Notes: generated by a model from the letters alone, not told the origin. A stretch of 33,504 nucleotides of DNA from Sphaeroforma arctica JP610 (GCF_001186125.1 NW_014039808.1:1-33504); one strand, 5' to 3'. Counted from the stretch's first letter, positions 1 to 28,900 are shown. Made by a program: numbers and translations.

Positions 1-295
1 TGCATATGCATATGTATATACATACATAAATTTGTATATATCATGTATGTGTGCGTGTGTGTTTACATAGTTTCTCATGTGTTAATATGCGCGTCTGTGT
101 TTATAGCTTTGAATGTGGTTATGTTGGTGTTTGTGTTGATTGTTTTTCATGCATATTAATTTTCATACATATAAAGATTCTCATACTCAATATCAAATGT
201 ATTGTCCTATACAAGTTACTGATGTATATCCACGGTTCGTTCTGCATTCCTACAGTCGTCGCAGTGTGTCGCTTAGCCAATAAAGCAAGCAGCAG

Positions 296-16557
<16,262 letters not shown>

Positions 16558-16635
16558 CACATATTTACCACAGTATATTTGGCTCATTAGTGGCAGGGAC
16601 TGGCGTTTAATCATACCCCTGATCCTGGCCAACTG

Positions 16636-16641
16636 AATAAA
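16636..16641 (+). promoter_or_regulatory. Putative polyadenylation signal of the cNMP/F-box/LRR gene
   Basis: AATAAA about 80 nt downstream of the TAG stop at 16555-16557. Confidence 0.4.
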
Positions 16642-18201
16642 AACTCGGCAGATCATGAGTTGCGGTCATTAGTTGGTTTGTTCGGGTTTAGTGCACACAG
16701 CGCGTCCGTATAGAGTGACAGCTGCAGCCTTATATCATTCTGGCTGGTTGATCAGAAGCTTGAAACTAGCCTAACTTCTAACCTCTAACCTCGAACCCCT
16801 AGCCGCTAAAAACACTACTTCAGAATGTTTTTAATATTTGTTTTTGGAGTTATGCACACAACGGGCTTGACAATGGAGGCGGCCGGCGAGTTGTGTGTCC
16901 TGTCCGTTTGGCTGGTCATGAGTAGTGGAGAGTGCCAGTTGTAGTGACTATCGGTTCGGGCGTACTGCATATAGCGAGTAGTATTTGCTAGTGTTTATAA
17001 TTTGGTCGGGCTAACTAATCCAGATTTGAACAGTTTAATATGGGTTGAGTTGGTGTGGGGGTTGATTCCGGCAGTCATAGAGTGAGTGGTGGCAAATACT
17101 GGCGATTAGCCTGAATTGAACTGGTAGCTGTCTTTGAAACCATGGGCCTCTGGAAGTGTCTTTCAGAAATGTTTTCCTGTCATGGCTACTCCATACTTCT
17201 CCCAGCCACTCCTGTACAGAGCCCTGTTAATAATGGACATTTTGTGGTTCTTCACCGGAAGAATATTATTTATTTCAATTTGGGTAAATTTTTATGTCTA
17301 TATGCACATCAGGCTTCACATTCGCTATTGATTCTGGCAAGGCACATTACATACGTTCGTCGGATTGTGTTGCTGGTCATTACTTTCTAACGCAGAGCAC
17401 TGCCCAATGAGGTACACCCAATATTCACCATCGCATCAGACCATTTCCGCATTTCGCATTTAGAAAAAAGGTCTGGTAAAACCCACTCAATCGAGTATTG
17501 ACATGATATGATCGTCAGTCGAGCATGTGCATTCGCGGCAGTGCTGGATATGTCCGGTAGATGTAGGTAAATAAATCTTTATTGGTGTCTCACGGTTGCT
17601 CATCTCGAAGCCGTTTGATATCAACACATTCCAAGGAAAGTGCATTGGGTGTGGTAGTCCTGGCGATGCACACAAATCCTCTCAATAAAATAATTACTCA
17701 TTGAAGCTATACCTCAGTTTCGTGGCTTGGAGTCTACTACATAAGTAAATATTGGCCATCGCCAATAGTGACACTTTACTGTGACTGTGATGTTGTGCTC
17801 CTTTGCATATATACAGTAGTCGCAGTACATTCAAAGTATATGTACCACAACTGAACCTGTACGGCTGCTAGATCAGCGGATGTGACTAAGGCGAGTGCAC
17901 AGCAACTACTGACTAGGCCAAGTTAGCAATCCGGTGCATGTATAGCGAGATACAGTATCTGAATCCTAATATGACTGGGCGAAGACCCTCGAAGGCGCAG
18001 TCATAGAACAGGTCGAAGAAATGGCGAGGAATAAATTCAATTGAGGTAGTCGCAAAGTGATTGAGAGCCCATTCTACTATGATAGACCAGATGTTGCAGA
18101 CTTCACAGACACACTAGAAACTAACATCAGTGGACGTCAACCCACCCAACACATCGCGTGGACTGACCGACTCTCCTGCTTGTTCAGGAAGGGGTCGGGG
18201 C

Positions 18202-19256
18202 CACAGTGCTAGCTCTTACTTTATTGCTTCCTGTGTATAGCTCTATAGTAGTAGTTCGCAGTGCTAGTTCTCACTTTATTGCTTTCGGTATATGCTCATA
18301 GCATTTGTAGTAGTTCACAGTGCTAGCCCTCGTTCCATTGCTTCCTGACTAGGCCCATAGCGTTTGTAGTAGTTCACAGTGCTAGTTCTCAAGCCAATAC
18401 TTTCTAGGTAGGCCTATAGCTATTGTAGTAGTTAACAGTACTAGTTCTCACCCCAATGCTTTTTGCGTAGGTCCATAGCTATTGTGGTAGTTCACAACGA
18501 TAGTTCTCACTTTAATACTTGCTGGGTAGGCCCAAAGCTGTTGTAGTAGTTAACAGTGCTAGTTCTCTTTCCAAAGCTTTCTGTGTAGGCCCATAGCTAT
18601 TGTAGTAGTTGACTATGATAGTTCTCACTTGAATAATTTCTGGGGTGGCCCAAAGCTATTGTAGTAGTTCACAATGACAGTTCTCACTTAAATGCTTCCA
18701 GGATAAGCCCATAGCTATTGTAGTGATCACAGTGCTAGCTCTCACTTCAATGTTTTATGAGTAGGCCCATAGCTATTGTAGTAGTTCACAGTGGTAGTTG
18801 TCACTTTAATGTTTTATGAGTAGGCCCATAGCTATTGTAGTAGTTCACAGTGGTTTTTGTCACTTTATTGCTTCGGTGTAGACCCATATTTATTGTAGTA
18901 GCTCACAGTGGTAGTTCTCACTTTAATGCTTTCGGTGTAGACCCATAGCTATTGTAGTAGTTCATAGTGCTAGTTCATTCTTTAATGCTTTCAGTGTAAG
19001 CCCATAGCTATTGTAGTAGTTCACAGTGGTAGTTGTCACTTTATTGCTTCGGTGTAGACCCATATTTATTGTAGTAGCTCACAGTGGCAGTTCTCACTTT
19101 AATGCTTTCGGTGCATACCCAAAGCTATTGTAGTAGTTCATAGTGCTAGTTCATTCTTTAATGCTTTCAGTGTAGGCCCATAGCTATTGTAGTAGTTTAC
19201 AGTGCTAGTTCTCACTGTAATGCTTTCTGGGTAAGTCCATAGCTATTGTAGTAGTT
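18202..19256. repeat. 59-bp degenerate minisatellite, 18 units, whose last unit overlaps the 3' end of the M23 CDS
   Basis: Consensus approximately cacagtgctagttctcactttaatgctttcggtgtaggcccatagctattgtagtagtt. Unit starts are at about 18202, 18257, 18316, 18375, 18434, 18493, 18552, 18611, 18670, 18728, 18787, 18846, 18904, 18963, 19022, 19080, 19139 and 19198. Confidence 0.95.
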
Positions 19257-22200
19257 GCCGGCTACGGGCACGAACGGTTTCCCGCCTTGTCCTTTTAAGG
19301 CAAACATGATGGTGTCGGCATTTGAGGCATCTGATTGGTGCACTTGGATGTGCAGGTGCGGTGACGGGCAGAACCCGACGCTTCCGGACAAGCACAGAAT
19401 GTCCCCCTCAGTGACGCGGTCGCCTTTTTTGGGTTTAATAGACATATAGCTTAGTTGTGTGTGATGAATATCTTATATAGTGGCAACAGGCCCAGCTGTC
19501 TTCACAGGACTAATTGGGCACAATAGCAGCTATCGGAGGTGATATGCTGGTAGGTACTACACCCACCAGCACATCATGTATCGTTTCAACTACTGCACCT
19601 TACCTCCAATCTACTTGCGATCGGCGATGGCCTATGTGATTTACTTCCAATGCGTCACGGCATACACTGACATTGTAACGAAAGTTGTATAAAAAAAATC
19701 ATACCTACTGCGACGCGGGCGCTGTCCGTTTGAGTGTGTACATATTCGACAAATCGGCCGTCATCCAGTTTGAGCATCATCGAGTTCCATTTATAAAGAA
19801 GTGATATGTGGATGCCTCCCTCCGTGTTGGCCTGCTGAATGCTCATCACCTCCCCGTCCTGTGTATATACGCAAGTGTGTGTACTTAAAATGTTACTAGT
19901 ATGTGTACTTAACATGTTACTACTATGCACTGTGGAGAGTGTGAACCAACTACATCCATGGGGGGTCTGGCGCTCCCGTCCGTCTCGGCGATTGTTATAT
20001 CTATCCCACAACCAGAAACGTACAGAGAAGTGCAGATAGCGGCACAAGCAAATGTATGATCAGAATATATATGCAACATACAACCCCAGAATACCTATAT
20101 GAGATATATAATCATAGTAACTACATGAAATATAAAATCATGATATCTACATGATAAGTAACCCCAGAATATCTACATGAGATATATCACCATAATATCT
20201 GCACGAAATATAAGTTTATAATATGTACATGAAATGACCTCAGAATATCTACTTGAAATATATAACCAGAATTTCTACTTGAAATATATAACATTTCTAA
20301 ATCAAAATATGTACATGACACATAAGCTATCTAAATAAAAAATCCACATAAAATATATAACATATCTAAATCAGAATATCTACATGAAACATACAGCAAC
20401 AGCACGCACGGGCGTTCCCGGAGCACACGCCAGGTCGATGGCGTGAAGTGTACCAGAAAAGTAATGCGTGAAGGCTCCATTGATGCCCTGTGAGCACAAA
20501 TAGGCCTCTTCAAACCCCCCTTCGCCCAGCGGAAAGGCGTACACGGGGACTTGGATATTCTGATTGCCAGCGGATATGGTGATCACATTCTGTGGCGGAC
20601 GGCTCAGTTGGGGTTTGCCTACATCGCTTGCACTGGACGTCTCATCGGTGTGTGTGCTTTGGCTCGATTGCTTCGCGTGGAAGTCTTTAGCTTCGTCATC
20701 GTTTCCAGTGGGAGCGCAGGTGCTGTCAGTGGCCGTGTTGGTTGTGGCTGCTGTAGTGGGTTTGGGGAAGAACACTGACGCCGGCATATCTGTTCAGCGC
20801 GATCAGTGACGCGGAAGGTAATCAGTACGTCAGTTGAAGAGATATGCGCATACAAGTAGCAATTGTTATTAATATATTCAACATAATAGCACACTTAAAA
20901 CGCATGGGAATTTTATGGAAACGGCTGTGCGTATACATCTATTATGGCATTGCGTAATCCGGCGGTTGATCCAACGCGGAGATATGCGTTTGCCGATACT
21001 ATATATAGAAATATCTCCTTTGTAAGCCGTGCCATCGGGGCCAACATTAGTCACCCGCTATCATACTTAAACAATACGCTGCCTGGACGCGTGTATGTAC
21101 CTCACGGTTACTGCTCACTCGACGTGTGAATGTACGCCACAGTTACTGCTGACTATACATGTGAGTGTAGTTCAAGCCTGATGCTGTATAGGGTTTGACA
21201 ATTCGATCTCGCAGGCACACTATCCTTGCAGTACATTCACGCACATACGCAACCCATCGGTGGAAATGAGAAAAGGATGGGGCCAAATGACACACGACTA
21301 TAGACGAGAAAAAATATATACCACTACGCTCAATTATCCGGAACATATGCATATACTATTCAGAAAAGTAGATACAAAGGTATGCAGGCCGTAATATATA
21401 CCATTGTGTGTGCCATTCTTAAAAAATTGTATACTATGAATTGGTACAGTGCACCACCGATATCACCAAAGTACACACAAATATATAAAAATACGCATCC
21501 TCAACAAACAAGACATATATATACACATAAATATACATCCTACACAGACTATAGTACTCCGCGCGCACATGACCCGCAACGAATAGCTCACACAATCATC
21601 GTGTACACACTCAACAGACCAATCCCATCCACCGCTTCTTCCATACCATTGTCTCCGTCACTCTCCTTCTCCACAGTACCCTCCTGAGGTGTGTCAGTAT
21701 CCGTGCCCATGTCTGACTTCCCCGGATGGTCCGTCAGGTTCTTTATATCAGACTGGAGGTCAAACTCCTCCTCGCGTGTGTACTCATTGGGCTCGAGATA
21801 GCACACGTCCATGATGGTGTGGGGGGGTAGTACTGCCACAAAAGTGGTGCATGAGCTGCGCGCGTCGTTACCGCTGACTGTACATGAGCCGTATGCGCCG
21901 GCCTCAAGTATGTCCCCGCCGTCGCTTATTGCTGTTAGACCTATAGACGATACAGGCAACCGATTGAGTCGGTTGGAAGTAACATGTAACCGGACTCAGA
22001 TATACGTGTATAGATACAGGTATTGATGAATACTCACTGACGTATGACCCTTCAGTGCACCACATCTGTAAACGACCATTCGCAAACCGCTGTCAAAGTC
22101 TGCGAAAGTCCTCAAGTAAACATTTGGGACCTGAAAGTACGGCTTGTTACGATTCAGATCTGTTTGCTATGAATATGTACATACATGTAACGCTCACATA

Positions 22201-23144
22201 TGTCCCTACTCGTACATATCGGCTATGAATTATGCGCATATGTCAGGGTGAGAAAGTGCGAAGCCAAATAGTGCGACTGTGCGGTACTTTGCAAAATCAT
22301 ATCTTGCAGAGATCAATAGAGTATATAATCACTGGCATAGAGCTGTAGAATGCTGTCATTACATAAAGTGCTAGATCCAAGTGCGCATGTTCGAGACTGC
22401 AGTACGCACACATCACTTACATGTTCTACCTCAATAGAGGTATACCACTACAAACCTTGCGGAGGCCCAGAGAGAAACCAAGTGTGTGTCATGCACTAAT
22501 TACTCACAGCTCCGACCAAATACCAACCAAGCTTATTTACTGGTTCCGCACAACTAGTGATCGGTAGTCCACCGATGCAAACATGAATTGGTACACGTGT
22601 CACAACCTGGTTTATATAATCATGATTCAACTTATTGCGGTACATGTTTGGACTGCCTGCGTAGTAATACATCCAGCAGTTGGGCCGTCGACATTTCATT
22701 CATATCAAGCGCGCGTGTGCGTGTATATCGAATACAGACCGATGGGTGTGTATGGATGAAATAGCTTGCTGGCCTCATCTTTATACGTAGCATTGTATAT
22801 GCACATTGCATAATAATAACGATCTGTTCGCTAAGCAGCACTCACTCAAACAGCGGTGATTACCTGTGGATATATTGTACGACCTCCAGTTGTCCGACGT
22901 GTTGACGAATGACAACAGGCCATCAGTTGGGTCGACAGAGATGTCAGGGATGTCGCCCTGTTAGTAGTGTTGTGTGATGACACATACGGAGGTGTGATTT
23001 GAAGGTTGTATGCATGCTTGGATACGTTGTGACGTTTTGTCTGGTAATGCATATAACTAGAACAACAGGTGCAAAGATGCATATTATATATATATAAATA
23101 TGTATTTGTAGATATGTATATTGTAATACATATATATATACACA

Positions 23145-23186
<42 letters not shown>

Positions 23187-23822
23187 ATATACACGCACAT
23201 AAGAATATATGTGTATAATATACATATGTACAAATAAATACACACNNNNNNNNNNNNNNNNNNNNNNNNNNNNNNNNNNNNNNNNNNNNNNNNNNNNNNN
23301 NNNNNNNNNNNNNNNNNNNNNNNNNNNNNNNNNNNNNNNNNNNNNNNNNNNNNNNNNNNNNNNNNNNNNNNNNNNNNNNNNNNNNNNNNNNNNNNNNNNN
23401 NNNNNNNNNNNNNNNNNNNNNNNNNNNNNNNNNNNNNNNNNNNNNNNNNNNNNNNNNNNNNNNNNNNNNNNNNNNNNNNNNNNNNNNNNNNNNNNNNNNN
23501 NNNNNNNNNNNNNNNNNNNNNNNNNNNNNNNNNNNNNNNNNNNNNNNNNNNNNNNNNNNNNNNNNNNNNNNNNNNNNNNNNNNNNNNNNNNNNNNNNNNN
23601 NNNNNNNNNNNNNNNNNNNNNNNNNNNNNNNNNNNNNNNNNNNNNNNNNNNNNNNNNNNNNNNNNNNNNNNNNNNNNNNNNNNNNNNNNNNNNNNNNNNN
23701 NNNNNNNNNNNNNNNNNNNNNNNNNNNNNNNNNNNNNNNNNNNNNNNNNNNNNNNNNNNNNNNNNNNNNNNNNNNNNNNNNNNNNNNNNNNNNNNNNNNN
23801 NNNNNNNNNNNNNNNNNNTAAN

Positions 23823-23882
<60 letters not shown>

Positions 23883-24701
23883 TTAGTCAATATATATATA
23901 TATATATTGACTAAATATATATATATGTCAGCAAGTAAGTATATGTACACACTTTTGGACTATGAGATATGTTCAGCACAGTCTACAACCTGACTTTCAA
24001 ACTAACTGGATTGGAGGTTGGCTCAATTGAGCCAGTGGGGACGTCATCTCGATATATGTGCACAGCCGAAGATGTGCGATGCATATTACCAAAGGTGTAC
24101 ATCACATAGTAACATAAATTGTATTACTACACCCTATACTGAGAGGTTTCCATTACTGCACTGAAATGTATAGAAGCTAACGACAGGCACGTGCTGGACT
24201 CTTAGAGCTTATTTCTATACTTATTAAAACATTTGAATACACGCCTTTCAACGTGAAGATGCGAAAAGTGACCTGCAAGTTCGTATGTTAACAGCGCGCA
24301 AGCTAAAATGACACACGTCCGTTCCGCGTACGCTTGCACGGCAACAGTGTATTACAGACACACTCTCGTTAACAAATTCTCACCCCATACACAGGTTTAC
24401 AAGTACACAGGCATGCGATGATATGTGCATCCGCTTCTATATAAAGGTATACACGCTTGTACACGCGCACACGTGAACATACGTCTCCAAAGTCTGCCGA
24501 CCTGAACCGATCCAAACCCACAATCCACTTGGAGTCCATGCAGGCCACATGACAGCCCTTGGCCTGGGAGGGCACAAAGTTGCGTGTATCATTATTATAC
24601 TGTTCATTAGATGCGATTAGCTTTTTCTTCTCAGCTTTGCGGTGGTTGGCCGCAGTTTTCTTCTTGTTCTTGGCGGCAGCAGCCTTCTGCTTCTTGCCCA
24701 T
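19212..24701 (-). CDS. Peptidase family M23 (lysostaphin/LasA-type Zn metallopeptidase) domain protein, ~464 aa, 6 exons: complement(join(24701-24483,22957-22864,21940-21620,20789-20395,19858-19705,19423-19212))
   Basis: The spliced C-terminal half reads YAFPL...LCSQGINGAFTHYFSGTLHAIDLACAPGTPVRAVA|DGEV...WNSMMLKLDDGRFVEYVHTQTDSARVAV|GDRVTEGDILCLSGSVGFCPSPHLHIQV. It contains the typical M23 elements (H...AID, PGTPV.A..DG.V, YxH, V..GD.V..G, SG..G...PHLH). All introns are GT-AG with consistent phases (total 1395 nt). The exon 3 donor (21620, GTCTGT) is tentative, and intron 1 contains an N gap that could hide a phase-0 exon. Confidence 0.88.
20060..20394. repeat. Degenerate AT-rich ~25-35 bp repeats (core cagaatatctacatgaaatata) in M23 intron 4
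   Basis: The core recurs many times, e.g. at about 20087, 20165, 20241, 20267 and 20372. Confidence 0.7.
23083..23930. repeat. (TA)n/(CA)n microsatellites flanking assembly gap 23246-23818
   Basis: Direct observation. Confidence 0.9.
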
Positions 24702-25106
24702 GGTGTATTACATTACATGGTCTATCTGCACCCACCGCCCTATTCAGCACTCACGTATGGATGGCATTGTAGTTAAATATAGCTAGTTATTGGACACTCT
24801 CTACTATAAGCTACATCTCAGTTGCCCCCAGTTGTTGGCGTTTAGATTCTTGTGTGGCTCAGCCTCTGATGAGTAGGGTTTAGAGTTGTCTATGATGGGT
24901 TATAGGGTTTTTCACTGTGTTTGTCGAAACGAGAAGTCCTCGTTGTAGTAGACTGTAGAGTGGCCTGTACAGAGTATAATATTAATAGTTGTTCACTACA
25001 GACACTACAACTAGAGTAGTGAAGGGACAAGCCACAATCTATCATCCTTATTATAATCGAATATTCATTTTGAGTTCAACTGATTGTACACTGCAAGCCA
25101 GACAGT
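24702..25106. promoter_or_regulatory. Putative bidirectional promoter between the M23 peptidase gene and PRCC
   Basis: The start codons at 24701 (-) and 25107 (+) are head-to-head, 405 bp apart. Confidence 0.55.
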
Positions 25107-25657
25107 ATGCCTTTGGTTGACTATGGAGCTTCGTCCGACTCCGATTCGGATGCTGCGGCCTCAGGTATGCTCTTTTGTTCTGCGGGAGGTTTCCGAGTTC
25201 TTTGGTCGCCAACACACATGCTCAGGCGTGTGCATATCTGCCGCTTGCAGACTGATATATGGGTGTGCGGATTTGTTCAACTCGCTATATTCTGACAAAA
25301 AGCAATCTATTGGCTTTCCTGCATGACCCTTTCTTTTGCGTAAGTTTTCAGTACACGGAATGAACTTAGCGTTTATAAACCATGACACCCCTCTGAACCT
25401 TGCTGAAGGCGCGAGAGCCCGCTGGGCTACATTGCTGTGTTCGTGCTATGTTCGTTGCAAAAACAACGGAATGATGAATCACATCATATTCCCGCAAAGA
25501 ATGTTGTTTAAGTACCAAAAATATATTTACTGTTTGTGCCACCCTGGACCTGTCCGACAGAATATATTACGCTCCGGTTGCCGATCCCTTATATACTTTG
25601 TCCGCATGTATTTACATATAGAAAAAGGCAGCAACGAATTAGTTAGAAAACCATATG

Positions 25658-25707
<50 letters not shown>

Positions 25708-25872
25708 NNNNNNNNNNNNNNNNNNNNNNNNNNNNNNNNNNNNNNNNNNNNNNNNNNNNNNNNNNNNNNNNNNNNNNNNNNNNNNNNNNNNNNNNNNNNN
25801 NNNNNNNNNNNNNNNNNNNNNNNNNNNNNNNNNNNNNNNNNNNNNNNNNNNNNNNNNNNNNNNNNNNNNNNN

Positions 25873-25910
<38 letters not shown>

Positions 25911-25945
25911 NATTATATATATATANATATATATATATATATATN

Positions 25946-25979
<34 letters not shown>

Positions 25980-28900
25980 TGTGTGGCTTTGCTTTTGTTT
26001 TTTTGTTTTATTTTACTTTATTCTACTTTACAATTGTATATTCTTTTTGCTGTAAAATATTTTCATCCTATATATATATATATATATTTATGTGTGTGTG
26101 TGTATTTATATTAATTTCTGATTGTCGCGGAGGAACAAATGCTACATCAGGTGTGCGAGTTGTACAATTTGGAGAATCAGTGCATGCGCAGTCCTTCGGA
26201 CTCATTGTTTGCAGTATCTGTACTCTATACTCATTTTAATAATTTCCAATATTACGCACACGTTTGTATCAACCACTGATGATGTATTTTCCGGTGCACT
26301 CCCTAACCACAGATCCAGTGATGAAAAGTACCACTGATAAGAAAGGAAAACGAACCTTCACGGTGGCTTTACCTCATGCGGTGTGTATCCCATCGGTAGA
26401 GTTTAGTGCTGTTATTGTGGATGCTTCTCTGCCATCTTGAGGATGAGACCTAGTCGTTATGTATGGCTATGTGTGCTTTTTTAGGGGGTTCAACCGCGTT
26501 CTGCGGTCTTAGTGAAGTGAATCAGAATAAGCGACTCTGTTCGTTTTGCAACGAATAAGGTGTTTATTGCATACGTCCATCTTTTGTTATTAGATAACGT
26601 TTTTTTGATCCCGCAAAGACATGAATGCATGCCGGTGAGGACATAGTCGCGCAGCCTTTACCGTTTGACGCCCACATGGCCACGATTTGAAGTGTGTTGG
26701 TTTATTCCAACTGTCGTTCTTCCATGTGATATCTAATCGATTACACCAACCGGGTGTGCACATATTATGTGGCTATAGGCAGACTCTGACTCCGATGATG
26801 GTGCACCCAAGGTCAAGTTCATAAAGAAACCCAAGTTTGATTCCAGCGGTGGCCTGTTCTCCATGCTGCCTGCCCCCAAGGTACTAGTTTTGTGTTTGAG
26901 TGTGTGCGTGCATAATCGATGATGGAGGAAGTTGGGGTGAGAGTGCAATGGACATTGTATACCTAGGTATCGTAGATGAGGCACTGTAGTAGATTACTAT
27001 AGACACCTTGAGATACAGGAGTGTGTAGTTCGGTTTTAAACACTTTCGCGAATGATTAAGTCTGATGTGTTCACCTGTACTTGCGCTGTTGAGCCTCTCT
27101 TCCGAAGTGTCGAATTAGAAAAGTTTTTATAATAGGGCGACAAAAGTGTGAGTGATTTCTCTGGGAAGACTGCGTACCTATAAAGCGCTTCCCGGGAAAC
27201 GAAATCACTGACATTAGTCATTTGCAAGTGGCTGCTGTGCCCTAAGAGATGGCTGGAATGACCTTTGATATATGCCCTTATATATACGCATATATTCTTT
27301 GTACTCTCGCAGAGTGATCCCTTCAAGTCGATGGGGTCTCAAACCCAGCAGGTCTCATCTGAAACAACCAGCGCCGTTGACAATAGCGCAAAGTCAGTAC
27401 CAGTACCTGTCAAGTATGTGTTATTCGGCAAGTGTGCGTCATTGTCTGTGTATGTATCGGATGTTATACATCTGCGATATCTATGTCATCTGACCAATGT
27501 GTGTGTCGCCTGTACCATACGTAGCATTGTCTAAGAGTGCCACCTACCTCATCTTTACTGCATATTCGATCGTAATATCCGTCAGGAAATACTTTTTATA
27601 TGGCTTTTATTGGATATGTGTATCCTGAAAATTAGCATCTGGGAACCGATCCGCTCCTTTTTGGCAGCACCGTGCAGGTTAGTGCTGCGTGTCCTGAGAA
27701 GCATGGTATATATCTGATGGTCCTTCCCAGTAAGAGAATACTTTGCAAAAATAATATCTCAAATCTGGTGCATTGCAGTCTACCACCGTCTCAATATATC
27801 GCTTTCAACATAAATGAATTTCACAATAATAGGGCCAACAACATGGTACCGATGGCATTGAGCAGAAAGAAGAAGGCGCAGCAAAAGGAAGCCGAAAGTG
27901 ATGGCGAGAACGATGGCACTGACTTTTTGGCATCGCGTATGTTCATTCTGTACTTGTATAATAATTGTTTTTCTCAAGTATATGTAATATTTGTTATTCT
28001 CATGTATACCTAAAGAATAGTATCTAGTCACATGGTTCTTGCAGATAACTTGCGTAGGGGTCGTAGGCCTGGCAGCTACATGTAACCCTCCCATGGTATG
28101 CCAGTTGTGGTCTATTTGGTTGCTTTACTTCTCCAATAAGCTCTGATCATCTCACACTTGTGTTACTCGATGCACCCACAGTTGCGCAGCCGACGGCCTA
28201 TGCGGACGAGCCAGACGAGGGTCCCTCGCTCCCCGATGGAGACGATGTCGTGGGTGCATATGTAAGTAATATTTGTTTGCTTGTATACAATATACCGGTA
28301 GCGATGATGTGCGCATAATGTTGAAGGGATAGTTTAATGTAGAATAAGCCTAGTGATGGTGCTGATGATGTGAGCTTGATGTGGATCCGAAAGCTGATTG
28401 TTGTCGTTGTATACATATATATGTGTTTAGTATATTCGGCTTCCTGTCATATGTAAATTTCTGTGCATGCTTCCATGTGTGATTAACCTAGTTTAAAGTA
28501 TGTTAGGTGCAGTGTTTGTATCCATCGTAACATACCAAATACGTCATCAACGGAGAGTTTACATCTATGACTTACTACCAATTTGGTTTTGTGTTTGCGA
28601 GTCTTTTGCGTTAAATTGTACTCTCTTTTGTTCATGTGTATAGACGTACGTGTTTATGATTTTTTTGTGACCATTATAGGACTGAATATATGCACAATAC
28701 AGCCAATGGTTTCAGACGAGCACCCACTAGACTTAACGGTCCCTATTGTCGTTTCACTGTCACATACATTCTATACTGGCGTAATCGAGCATCCCAAGTT
28801 GTTGCTTAATTACAGCCAGGGTCATATCCGGCCGACGATTCCGAGGATGTCGCGGGAGCATATGGCGACGATGACGTTACAGGCGCGTATGGAGATGGTG

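Noticed and set aside
16769..16803. Telomere-like CTAACC/AACCCT motifs (also near 7548 and 11390)
   Set aside because: Only 2-4 degenerate copies each, too few to call an interstitial telomeric repeat.
18202..19256. CRISPR-like array (regular ~59-bp period with a conserved gctattgtagtagtt core)
   Set aside because: The variable parts are homologous to each other rather than unique spacers, no cas genes are present, and the context is eukaryotic. It is a degenerate minisatellite.
19212..24701. Bacterial contamination as the source of the M23 gene
   Set aside because: The domain is split by canonical spliceosomal introns and is contiguous with eukaryotic genes.
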